Part shown: piece by piece, positions 50,454-62,759 of the stretch
How positions within the stretch are numbered: position 1 is the first letter of the stretch
How the letters are laid out: each line of letters opens with the position of its first letter
From: Octopus sinensis
Lineage: Eukaryota
Assembly: GCF_006345805.1 (NCBI RefSeq)
Contig: NC_042998.1
Coordinates: forward strand, 39,680,001-39,744,000
Direction of reading: 5' to 3'
DNA: 64,000 nt
The notes under the pieces: generated by a model
Databases searched by the model: none
Seen by the model: only the letters and a program-made list of their open reading frames with translations
Told to the model about the DNA's origin: nothing
Made by a program: the position numbers and the translations under genes

Positions 50454-53400
50454 AAAGAGAGAGAGAGACAAATATACGACAGAGTAATATATATAAACTG
50501 AAATGAAATATGTGGTACCATTTTAAGGGATTCTTTTTGTTTGTAAGACTTAGAAAGAATGCCCTATTTTAAGGCTGTCTTACAATATGATATATATCTT
50601 GTTGCAGACATGCTGGGGTACCGCCTTGAAGAATTTTAGTTGAGCAAATCAACACCAGTACTTTTTAGTAATGTACATACAGCTTGGTACTTATTTTATC
50701 AGGTTATTTCGCCGAACCGCTAAGTTACAGGAACGTAAACTCATCAACACCGGTTGTTAAGCGGTGATGAGAGACAAAGATACATTCATATATGTGATGT
50801 ATGTATAATGTGTATATATGAATATATACCCATGCAAATGTGGAAAAGGCCATTAAAACCATGATGATGATGATTATGTGTGTAAATATATACATTAATG
50901 TTTGATTTTATGATATAACAATTTCAAATTTAAATTGAAGGATTTCTCAATACATTTACTAGAATATGAATTCATTATTCTTTAACAAAAATAGTATTGC
51001 CTGTGACTTCGAAGCTTCGGCTATCTTTGCTACTATCAGACTGTCATGCACACACACACACACAAGCTGAGTATCCCGTCGTTACTTGGCATTTTTCACA
51101 CTAGAAAGCCTTGGCGGACTTTCGGAGTAGCACGCACATATAAGTTTGATTTTCTCCGTTTTGACGGGGATTAAACATCTTTTTTTTCACTGCACCCTTT
51201 CAAATTATATTGGGAAGCTTTTTATAAAAAATATTTTTAAAAATTTATAACCCCCCCTCTTCCTCTTGTGGATCAATTTTGTCAAATTTTTTTCTTTTGC
51301 ATTATGCACTTAAAATAATGGAAGATGCCTTTTTGGTAATATGATTTTTTTCAAACCCCCTTTCTTCCCCACCCTGAGTACCAATTTTGGCCTTTTTTTT
51401 TCATTATGCACTTGACAGTGAGAGAAGCCTTATCAGTTAAAAGAAATTTTGGGAAATCAGTGATCACCATTACAGTTTCCACTTCATTTTCAAACAGAAA
51501 ATGAAATGTAATTTAAAAACATAGTGAAATTTTTTAAAATTCATCCCCCCCTCCGTCACATAAATCTTAAAATGTTAACTATTTTTCAAATTTTTTTTTG
51601 ACAATCATAATTTTTGAAATACAGACAATCCTAATCTGCAATTTATTTCTGTTTATAATTTCAGAATTATATTCAGCTGAAAAGGTGTATGATTTAAGGG
51701 AGGTTTAGCTGTTGTTTCTAACACATCCTACGATCACCTGGTACCTTCCTAATTTCTTTGTCACTCATGTGCTGATGTCTTTCAATATTTTTCTCACCAT
51801 AAACACATTTTATGGAATAATGATGCTGATGTGACAGTTTGTTTAGCTCAGGCTGGGATTTAAGCAAGAACCCCAAAAAATTAATAATTTAAATTTTTAA
51901 CCCTCACCCCAAACCAATTGATTCTGTGTGTGTGTGTGTGTAAGAAAACTATTTACTGACAGATAAGTATGCTATCAAAATAAATTATCTTTTAAATACC
52001 TTTTTAAAATCACTCCATCACCCTAATGAAATTCCTTACACACATGCATGCACACACATACGCATTCAATGTGAACAATATACTTATATAGGGAGTGAGA
52101 GTGAGTGATAAATTTATAGAGAGGGGGAAAATTTATAATGAGAAAAGAGAAAAATGAAAGAGATGGACAAAGAGAGAGAGAAAAATCTTTTCTGTTGCTG
52201 TCACAGATTTTGAAATGTTAAACTTTAAAATTTGGTGCATTGATGTACCTTTTCATGCTGAATTTGTTTTTGTTAATCATTTATTGCAGAAAAATTTTAG
52301 AAAAATGTTACAGAGATTTAAAGTTTGATCATTTTTACCCAATCAGAAAACTGGATTTGTGCAATAATAGTCATGATGAAATGCAAGTAAACGTTAGAAG
52401 ACAAGGTTTTAAACAATTACATCATATCAAGAGAGAAAGGGAAGGATAGCATGTGTGAGAAATAATACATATACAGAGAAAGAGTGGGTTAAATACATAT
52501 AGAAAGAGGAAGGTGTAAAAGAGAGACAGCCTGATGGTGATAGAGAGTAGGAAATTTGTCAATCTAAAAGTTGGCTGTATTTCTCATAGCAAATTATATA
52601 TTTTGATTATTATTTATGGACATCCTTCATTTTGGAACATAGTTTTGGAAAATCAAATTCGTTTTTCTCAAGGATGCATCATTTCAGAACCTTTGGCTGG
52701 TGCCACATATAACACACTGATGCTCATGTCACATAAAAAGCACCCAGTTACACTCTGTAAAGTTAGGAAGGGTGTCCAACTATAGAAACCATGCCAGAAC
52801 AGATGACAAAGCCTGGTATGGCCCTCAACCTTACCAGCCCCTGTCAAACCATCTAACCCATGCCTGCATTGAAAATGGACTTTAAATGATGACGTTATAT
52901 ATATAGTGTGGTTGTATAGAATAATCTACACACCTTAAAAATGATATAAAGATGTCTTTTAATATTATCAATCAATATTTGAATAATTTATTGTTGGTTA
53001 ATAAGAAAGTGAATAAAAACTCCCCAAACATGGCTAACCCACCTCATTTCAAGGTATTTCGGGTTAGGATTAATTCTGCCCTCAAACCCCAACAACAGCT
53101 ATCTTTTACCTGTTCCCCACTTCTAAAATATCCTATTTTTTCAATAAAAACCTAAGGTTTACAAGAAAATAGAATAATAATTGTTTTGATATTAAAAAAT
53201 TATTTGAAATAGGTAAAATAAATTTAAGATTTCCTGAAGAATTGGTAACTGAGTTTTTTTCTCCTGTCTAGATGACTAAACCACATCTATTTAAATAATG
53301 GCTCCCACCTTGAGGTTCTTATCCTCAGACAGTAACTCCTTCAGTTAATAGTCAGTGCTACTATACTTATTACTATTAAGGTGGCAAGCTGGTAGACTTG

Positions 53401-53976
53401 TTAGCATGCCAGACAAATTTCTTTGTGGCATTTCTTCTTTGAGTTCAAATTCCAGTGAGGTCGACTTTGCCTTTCATCCTTTCTCCATTGATAAAGGAAG
53501 TTCATCAAACTCTGGGCTTGATAGAATTGAAATTACTCCGCTCCTCCAAAATTGCTGGCTTTTTGCCAAAATTTGAAATCCCTATTATCAAAGCAGAGTG
53601 AGCAGGTAGAATCGCTGCTGCACTGGATGGAATGCTGCTAGACATTTTAGCCATCTTTACATTCTGAGTTCAAATTCTGCTGAGGTTGACCTTGCCTTTC
53701 ATCCTTTCAGGGTTGATAAAATATGTAGCAGTTGAGTACTGGGGTTGATGTAAGCAATTTAGCCCCTTTCCTGAAATCGCTGGCCTTGTATCAAAATTTG
53801 AAACCAATATTCAAATGGAAAACATCTGCAAGCTTCTGATACAATATGAACCCATTGATGAATGGGCCTGATGCAGTTTGATACCCTATTTTGTCTTGGC
53901 CTGCTGGGACTCATTGTTTCAATATTACAAGATATTCTCACTCATGTTTTCTTTTTCATTTCTTTTTTAGGCAAAT

Positions 53977-54087
53977 ATGAAGTATTCAAATAAAATTAAG
54001 ATGGAAGCAGACCCTGGGAAATCAGAAGTTGATTTTTCAGAATACATGTGGATGGGAGAGGAAGGTGTAGAGAACTTTGATCGGCAG
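53977..54087 (+). CDS. PAIP2: PAIP2-like first coding exon (MKYSNKIKMEADPGKSEVDFSEYMWMGEEGVENFDRQ)
   Basis: Long pyrimidine tract plus AG at 53969-53970 and GTAAAC donor. FSEYMWM..EE..F.RQ is the PAIP2 signature. Confidence 0.85.
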
Positions 54088-55953
54088 GTAAACTGGCTTT
54101 TATTTATGTTCTAATTTTTTAGATGGAAATTCAAAATAATTATTGCATCCTTGCTTTTGTCTAATATTCTACCTATTTCACTAACATAGCTGGTGATAGA
54201 AGCTTGTACACATCGTCATCATCATCTAACATCTGTCTTTGATGCTGGCTTGAGCCAGATAGTTTGACATGATCCAGTGAGCCAGAGGACTGCACTGAGC
54301 TCCATTGTCTGCTTAATAGATTTAAAATGAGATGAACTACTCCACACAGGACACAACATACAACTAGTAGTCAGAGACTGGTCTCAGATCTTACAAAGTG
54401 GACCAACACACAGATGGTCTATGAAGCACTGATATTTTATCATCATAGATAAAACATAGTGATACAGACTGGATAATCAGAAGACCTTTGTCCGCTATTT
54501 GGTCCGATACAATTGGAAATTTTTTGAAGAAATCCCACAAATGTGAGCTATTTCAAATTCTGAATGGCAGTGATATGTAGAGGGGGTGGAGCAAGAGTCT
54601 AGAGGATTGGTGTTGAGATTTGTTATTAATATTGTATGTCTAGTGAAGGATTGTTTTGACATTCAAATGTTCTCTGTAAAGTCAACAACGCTAGGTTTTG
54701 TTGTACATTTTTGGCCTCATCATTAATAATATCTATTTGTAATTCTGAGGTAAATTAGTGTATGTGTGTTTAATGAATACTAATTAATTAGACACACACT
54801 AATTACTAGCCAAAGTTGGCATTGGTATCCTTTTGTCTGCAAAAAGCTATGGAAATGCATCACTGATATTTCTATCTTTTAGAGTTTAGTAAAAAGGAGT
54901 AGCTGTGATCTATACAATAGGTTTCCCCTTCCCAGCAAGGATTCTGTTATTTGAGGGATTGGCAAGTCCCAAATAGTTCTATATTGATGTTGCTATGGAA
55001 ATTTCCTGAGCAATTCAGTGTAGAAGACTGGCTTCAAAACTCCAGTTTCAGATTTCATCACATGGTTTATTCTTTTCTCCAATTATTAAAAAACTAGAAA
55101 GAAGTTGGCATAACTTCCTGTGAAAATCAAGTCAGTGTCACACCCCATCTTTACTCTTTTTATCACCCTCACCTTCAGTTTTCTTCAGCTATTTCTTGTT
55201 ACTCAAATTTCACAACTGTAACTTAGCCAAAAGCTGAAATGAAATGATTCACAGAAAGGAAAAAGAAATCTTCATATAAAATGTTTATTACATTCATTTT
55301 ATGTTTTACTATATTTATATATTATATAGGGCTTCCATCAGTCAAAGGTGACCCTATGTATGTGTACACATGTATGCACATACATGGACAAAATATTTTT
55401 CAAGAATTCTATCAGTTACCCATGCAAGTTTCTCTCTTTCTCTAAGGAAAAAAATTGTTAACTTGGACTGGTGCAGCATGACACCAGTGTCATCTCGGAT
55501 GTTCCTGTCAGAACACAAATAGATGAATCAGACACCACAAGACATTTTGCTTGACACTCTAACAACTCTCCCAATCTACTGTTCTGGATTGGAATGTTTT
55601 TTTTTTTAATCCTGAAAGAACGAAACGTAAAGTTGACCGTGACAGGATATAAACTTGGAGAACAGAAAGTCAGAACAAATGCCATAAGACATTCTCCTCA
55701 CCACCCAAATGGCTTTGTCAACTCTTATTACATGTTTATATTTGAGAGCAGGTTGCAACATTTCCCTTAAAGTATTGTCTCATGTTTTTAGTTCAAATCT
55801 CACTGATTTGGTCAAGTATTCAGGCCATATTGAAATCAATTTAATTATATTCTCGTTCAATGATTTCTCCCAATGTGTTGTTTTTCCTTTATAATTTGAC
55901 AGAAATAGAATAAACCCAATATTTTTCTTTATCTTGAATTGTCCAACATTTAG

Positions 55954-56082
55954 GTCGAGAAAGAAATCCTTGAAGAAATCTTGAAGGAAGGGCACTGGTG
56001 GCTCTTCTCATCAGGGTCTCAGCTAAAATCTGAATTGAATACAACAGATCAGCTAACTTCTCTACCCATCACAGAAGAGCAG
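55954..56082 (+). CDS. PAIP2: PAIP2-like second coding exon (VEKEILEEILKEGHWWLFSS...PITEEQ)
   Basis: tttag/GTAATT sites, 129 nt, phase 0 matching the previous exon; acidic segment followed by W as in PAIP2. Confidence 0.75.
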
Positions 56083-56469
56083 GTAATTTTTATTTCATCC
56101 CACCTCTTACACAGAACTATGACGATGATGATGTGTAGCAGTTTGCCTGATTCTTATTTCAGCGTTTGGATTTGCAATTTCCATTACACTTTTGTTTTCC
56201 ATCTTTTAGACTCAGTTGTTGTTTAACCACAGGTCAATCCTGGTTGAGTGGATTAATGGTAACACATTTCATTCATGATTATTCCTGAACAAGTGTATCT
56301 ATGACTACATTATCCAATGTATTCTTCCCATTTTTAAAAGAATAGAGTATTTGACCATATGGAGGCCCCTATACTAAGACAGCTACAGCAATTGTATTGG
56401 GTATGACATTGAACTGGGTCTACGACCCTGTTTCATTCATTTCATTTCATTTACATTTAGCTTTCATCC

Positions 56470-58200
56470 TCATCCTCATTTAACGTCCATTGTCCATGCT
56501 GGCATGTGTTGGATGGTTTGTCTGTGGCTGGCAAGATGGAAGGCTGCACCAAACTCCAGTCTCATTTGGCATGGTTTCTATGGCTGGATGTCCTTCCTAA
56601 TACCAACCACTCCAAGAGTGTACTGAGTGCTTTTATGTGCCACCAGCATGGGTGCCATTTGCATGACACCGGTATCTGCCACAACTGTGATTTTGCTAAG
56701 CTTGATGGGTCTGGTTCTCAACATGACATAATGCAAAAGATGTCAGTCATTGCATCCGTGAGGCCCAATGCTCAAAAGTTACTTTTTACTTACCAGTTAT
56801 ATGGCACCAGCATCAGCCACAGCTATCATTTCACTTGGCTTGAGGGTGTCTTCTCAAGTACAGAATATCACCAAAGGTCTTGGTCACTAGTCATTGCCTC
56901 TTTAAGGCCCAGAGTTTGAAGATCATGTTTCACTACCTTGTCCCATGTCTTTTTGGGTTTACCTCTACCACAGGTTCCTTCCATAGTTAGAAATTAGCAT
57001 TTTTGTACACAGTTGTCCTCATCCATATGCATCACATGGCCATACCAGCACAGTCATCCCTCTTGCACACCACATCTGATGCTTTTTAGGTCCAACTTTT
57101 CTCTCAAGACACTTACAATTTATCAAGCATGCACACTGACATTACACATCCAGCAAAGCATACTGGCTTCATTTCTTACAAGCCTAAGCATGTCCTTGGC
57201 TGTCACAGCCCATGTTTCTCTGCCATGTAGCATAGCTATTTGCACACAGGCATCAAACAATCTGCCTTTCACTCTGAGGGAGTGACCCTTTGTTGCTAGC
57301 AGAGGTAGGAACTCTCTGAACTTTGCCCACCTTATTCTTATTCTCACAGCTATGCTCTTGGAGCATCCACCTCCACTACTAACTTGGTCACCTAGATAAT
57401 GGAAGCTATCAACTACCTCTAACTTACCCCACTGGCAGTTGATGCAGTCTATTTTCTGTACATTTTTGGTGTTTATTGTACCTGTGCATCTTCCACATAC
57501 AAAAGCTATTTTCCTTGTTAACTTCCTCTGATATTGTTGCACCTTTTATGTGTCCAAAGTTTACACCGGGTACACCTGATAGGGATTCAGCAATAAGAGG
57601 AAGGTCATCAACATAGAGGCAGCCTGTCTTAAATTCCTGTGTTATTGCCTGGTAGACTGTGATGCACAAGAAGGCGCTGAGCACCGTTCCTTGGTGAGCT
57701 CCTACTTGTACCCTGAATTCTTCACTGTACTCTTTGCCAACCCTCACCTTACTGGTAGCATCCCTGTACAAGGCTTGTACAGCTCTCACTAACCACTCCG
57801 CTATCCCTAGTTTCCACATTGACCACTAGATAAGGAATCAGGGGATCCTGTCAATAGTTTTCTCCATTTCAACAAAAGCCAAGTACAGAGGTTTATCTTT
57901 GGGTAGGTATTTCTCCTGCAGCTGCCTTACCAAAAATATAGCATTAATGGTGCTTCTCCCTGGCACAAAACCAAACTGCATCTCATCTAGACTAACTCTC
58001 TCCCTAATTAGTTGGGCTATGACTCTTGCCATAACTTTCATCACCTGATCCAACAGTTTGATACCTCTGTAATTATTTCTGTCTAAAGTATCACGTTTAC
58101 CTTTGTAGCAGTTGACTATGTTGCTGCTACACCAGTCACTGGATATGACTCTTTCCTGAACCACCTGATTTACAATACAAGTGATTAGACCATAACCCAC
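56470..58200 (-). mobile_element. Decayed 5'-truncated copy of the same RTE family
   Basis: Frameshifted ORFs 57838-58254, 57424-57819 and 57123-57542 carry the same RT and PHD-end motifs. Confidence 0.92.
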
Positions 58201-58619
58201 ACCGCCAGATATTTTAAGCAACCCATTAATTCTCCATGCTCTGCAGTCTTTCAAAATTGCATTTCCAAACCTCTATATCTATAAATCCAGTTGTGATCAA
58301 TAGTATGAACTCCTATCTGCAGCTATTCGTAGAAAAACTTACTAAACTAACTCTGTCTGTGATCAAATTGCAATGTAATAAGAACTTTTACTGCAACACC
58401 TAGTGTACCTCTGTATTAGTTAGAATACCCCTGATTAACTCTGTTTCAAGTTATTACTAAATTTTTGCAGCTGGAACCCAAACACTATTTCTGACTTTGT
58501 TACGCAATGACTAGAAACAGAGCATATTTTCTAATACTTATCCTGTCCCCAAATATTGGTTTTTAATTCTGGCTCAAGACCAGCAAGGGGAATTACAACC
58601 GTGTTTCGTGGTCTGCTAC

Positions 58620-60435
58620 CACAACAGCTCCTTTATAGGATCTAGTTAGCTCAAGACATCATGAGGAGGAACCACGTCTGGTTTTGGCCCCTACTCCTCT
58701 ACCGTTTTGACGTGGTAGGGCCCCCCCCCCTTTTTTTGGAGGTGTCTTCAGCCCTGGTGTTGGGTGCATGTCTTCTTCTTTCTTCTGTTCCCTGGCCTCT
58801 TCGATGTATCGTCAGCAAGTGTCAGTCAGTGACTGACTGTCTTGTCAAATTTTTCCCTTTAAATACCTGCCACATAGGCTCCAGCAGGCAGCCCCAGCAA
58901 GTTGTCACATGACACTGTCTCACCTTAACTGACTAGTGAAGGCACGTAGTTTTAGCCCACGCTTTTTCTAAACGACCATCACCTGTCAGTCAGCGAAGCT
59001 GATTCAGTCACCTTGTCTCACCTAATGATGTTATTTCCCGTCGGCGTGTTTATGACTTTCAAGCCATTTTCGGGTTCCCGCTTCAGCCATATATAGAAGC
59101 TGGCTTTTTCGACCGCCTCCTGTACTCTCCTTATTAGTTTACACAGCTCGGGGCTAGAAAAAACAAATCTTCTTTTGAAAAGCGTTGTCATTTTCTTTTT
59201 AATGAAGCCTCTAGCCCCCACTGCCAGGTGATAATATTCGACATTCCATGCCTGTTCTCTGCATTCTTCGATTAGCTTTACATACCTCTTCTCCTTTTGT
59301 TCCTCTGCATTGCCGATGTTCTCTTTCCAAGGTACTGTCAGTTCTAGTAAAATTCCCATTCTCCGGTCTCTGTTCCATAGAACTAAATCCGGTCTTTTTG
59401 TTGTTTTTATTAGTGGAAATATTACTTGTCTTTCCAAGTCCATGGCCACCTCCGTTCCATCTTTCGTCTATCTCGTATACTTTACTTGTCGGCCTGGTTT
59501 TATAACCTTTTCCCTCCTTGTAGAAGTATACTTTCCTGCGCTTTTCTACTTTTGGGTACTCTCCCCTATTGTACCTCTCGATCTTCTCCTTGAGTGCTGC
59601 ACTTATGACGCCGATTACTTGATTATGCCGCCATGTACATCTTTCAAGTGCTAGTCTGCAACTTGACAGAACATGTCTAACTGTCGCTTTCTCTCCGCAT
59701 CTACACTCATCGGTTGTTTTTATGTTCCACCGGACTAAGTTCGCCGGTGAGGGTAGAATGTCGAAGGTAGACTTGATCAGGAAGGATGTTCTTGCTTGTT
59801 CCCAAGCCCAAAGTTCCTTCCATGATATTCTGCGGTTGATCACATATTCCTCCCATCTCAGGCACTGTCCCTGTTGACTGCATTGCACCAAATATACATT
59901 TCACCTTTCTTCTTCCTCCTTTCTCACTTCATATACCACTGCCTCTTTCATCTCTTTTACACTGCTCTTGCAAAATGGCCTGAAATTTTGCGACCCTAGG
60001 CCGGTTCTAGCTTCTTGCGTCGCTCCGACTATATCTGCGTGCCTTAGTTTTCCGATCGCCCTGTTTACTGCCTCTTCCACCTTCCATTTCCTCCCTGTTC
60101 ATTCCTTTGGAGGGTTTTCCTGGATGCTCTGATCTTTTGAATACCTTAGCATCATTACTGTCCTTGCCTTTCCTGCTTTATATTCTTCGGCGATTGATGT
60201 TATTGGTAGTTGCAGCACAGGTATTCCATATAGTGCAGTTGTATTCAGGGGTTTCGGCAGACAAAGCCATTTTCTGATAAACACACTGCATCTTTGCTCC
60301 ATCCTTTCTACTCTACTCGAGGCTATTTTGTACATTTGCAATGGCCACATTATTCTTGGGTACAGCCCAAATTGCAGTATCCAACATTTGAATTTTCCCG
60401 GCAACGTTGTTCTGTCAATTGCCTTTAATCCTTGT
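58620..60435 (-). mobile_element. 5'-truncated HERO-type non-LTR retrotransposon (restriction-like endonuclease class)
   Basis: GKFKCWILQFGLYPRIMWPL, TGRKWK, DILPSPANLVRW, CRC-x7-H-x4-C knuckle, TWRHNQV, RPDLV..LELTVPW..K..RY. Two TGA stops and one frameshift. The 3' boundary is approximate. Confidence 0.88.
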
Positions 60436-61084
60436 TCTACTAACTCGTGTGTTTCTTTCCCTTGCTTCTTATCATTTAATAAATCTCTATACCATCTGCC
60501 GAGAATCTTTTTTGGGTGGGGTGCTAAGATGATTGCATTGACCCCCAGGGCTTTACTGGTACTTATTTTATTGACCTTGAAAGGATGAAAGGTAAAATTG
60601 ACTCCAGCAAAATTTGAACTCTAAATGCTGTAGTTTTGTCTTGAGTTCTACAAAAGACAAGTTATTTTTCATCTCTGGCTTACAAGTCTTGTACTTTATT
60701 GGGGTCCTACCCACTTTACAGTGGCTTTGTACAGTGTATGTGGACTGTACGGGAGGGTACTTTAAATATACGTTTACTGTATTTGAAGATATGTTATTAT
60801 TTAAGGAAGGAGGTGGCCTAAACCAACCCTATGCCTCTGCTATGCTGACATCCTTGGAAATGGAAAAGTTGCCTGTGTTGATGAAATAACATGATTTTAA
60901 CTGTTTAGCATTCAGTGTTGATGAAATACTTTTTTATTCAATTTTTGAATTAATCTTACATTATCTTGTAGCTTTAAAATTTTGATGAGGTATCTGGTTA
61001 TCTTTAGAATGATTTTATAGATTAGGTGTGAGAGGCCAGATTTGACTAGTTTAAATGCTAAAGAGTTAGAGCTAATAATAACTC

Positions 61085-62716
61085 TTAGTTAGTTAGTTAA
61101 TTTGGCTCAAAAGCAAATAGCAAGGCCATGTAGGGGGACATGGAGTTAAGTACAGGGTGGTGTTCATGTAAAGAGTTCAGGCCACTTGAGGTCCAGGGAG
61201 GCTTTGAACAAAGCGGTCGTCGGCATCTTTACCATCTCGTCTGGCAGCTTGTTCCACGGATCCGCAACCCGGACGGAGAAAGCTCCTCTCCTCCGATTGA
61301 GATGAAATCGTCGCAGGTAGAGCTTTTCGGAATGACCCCGCAGCCGACGCTCTGGAGCAGGAGTGAAGAACAGCTCTTTCGAGAGGTTACACTTTCCGCT
61401 TATGATGTTGTGGGCGAGAATGAGATCTCTACGGCGGCGGCGTTTCTCAAGAGAATAAAGGTCGAGCGTCCTCAGCCTTTCTTCGTAGGACAAATTTTTG
61501 AGACCATGAACCATGCGGGTAGCCAGCTTCTGGACTCTTTCGAGATGCTGTATGTCTTTGAGGAGATAAGGAGAAGAGGCTTGAATCCCATACTCCAATA
61601 TGGGTCTCACCAGCGTGACATAGAGTGGTAGGAATATGGCTGCTGTGAGCATTCCGAATGACCGTTGAATCAAGAACAGAATTCCGCGTGCTTTGTTGGC
61701 AGCATGGACGCACTGGGCCGAAGGCGAAAAGGAGGAATCCACCAAGATACCTAGGTCCTTTACCTGATCGGTCCTCTCCAGCAGCAGACGACCCGGTTCG
61801 AAATCAAGTTGAGTTGCAGGAGTAGAGCCGACAGGCAGATGACAGCACTTCGACACGTTCAGACACAGGTCCCAATCGTTAGACCACTTCCAAATTTGGT
61901 GGAGGCATCAACGAAGATCCTCTATATTACCGCGAGGAGTGACCAGTTTGATATCGTCGGCAAATAGAAGGGTGTGTTGCGTGAGGTCGTCGGGCAAGTC
62001 ATTTATGAAGACTAAGAACAACAAGGGCCCAAGCACTGAACCTTGAGGCACGCCACTGCTCGCACTGGAGACGTCGGACCGCGAACCATTAACTTGGACT
62101 TGGAAGGAGCGATCTGAGAGGAAGGTACCAACCCATCGTACAATATCCGGATGGAAACTATATGCTTGAAGCTTGACAAGCAATAGGCGGTGGTTTACCG
62201 AGTCAAAAGCTTTGGCAAAGTCCAGTAAAACGATGTCAACAGCATCACTATCATCGAGGATGCGCGTCACCAATTCTTCCATTACTAGTAAGTTGGTCAA
62301 GCATGATCTCTTCGGCACGAAGCCATGTTGGGAATCAGAGATAGAGGCTGTGTTTAGGAGGTGGAGCATCATACTTTTCTTAAGGATGGTTTCGAACATC
62401 TTGCTGATTATTGATGTAAGGGAAAACGGTCGGTAGTTAAGCGGGTCTTCGCGGCTCCCTTTCTTGAAAATTGGGCAGATTATCGCTGTTCTCCAGTCTG
62501 CAGGTATAACACCCGTCGCCAATGACATATTGAATAGTCGCTTTAAGGGCTCGCAGATGACCGGAGCCAACGCTTTGATAACCCGTGGGTGTATGCCGTC
62601 AGGGCCGTGACCCTTGTTGACATCGAGGCCTTGAATAACACGTTTGACTTCGTCCTGCGTGATGACCAATCGAAGCATTGGAGGTACCGATCTATCAAAT
62701 GGAGGGGGTTCACGAC

Positions 62717-62759
<43 letters not shown>

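Noticed and set aside
58471-58494. Candidate PAIP2 terminal exon (LEPKHYF*), and 60806-60889 (EGGGLNQPY...MK*)
   Set aside because: Acceptors are plausible but neither encodes the PAM2 motif (LNPNAKEFVP-like); unsupported.
58720-58830. CTGACGA...GAAG on the minus strand in the HERO 3' region as a ribozyme
   Set aside because: It lacks GAAA and convincing stems II and III.
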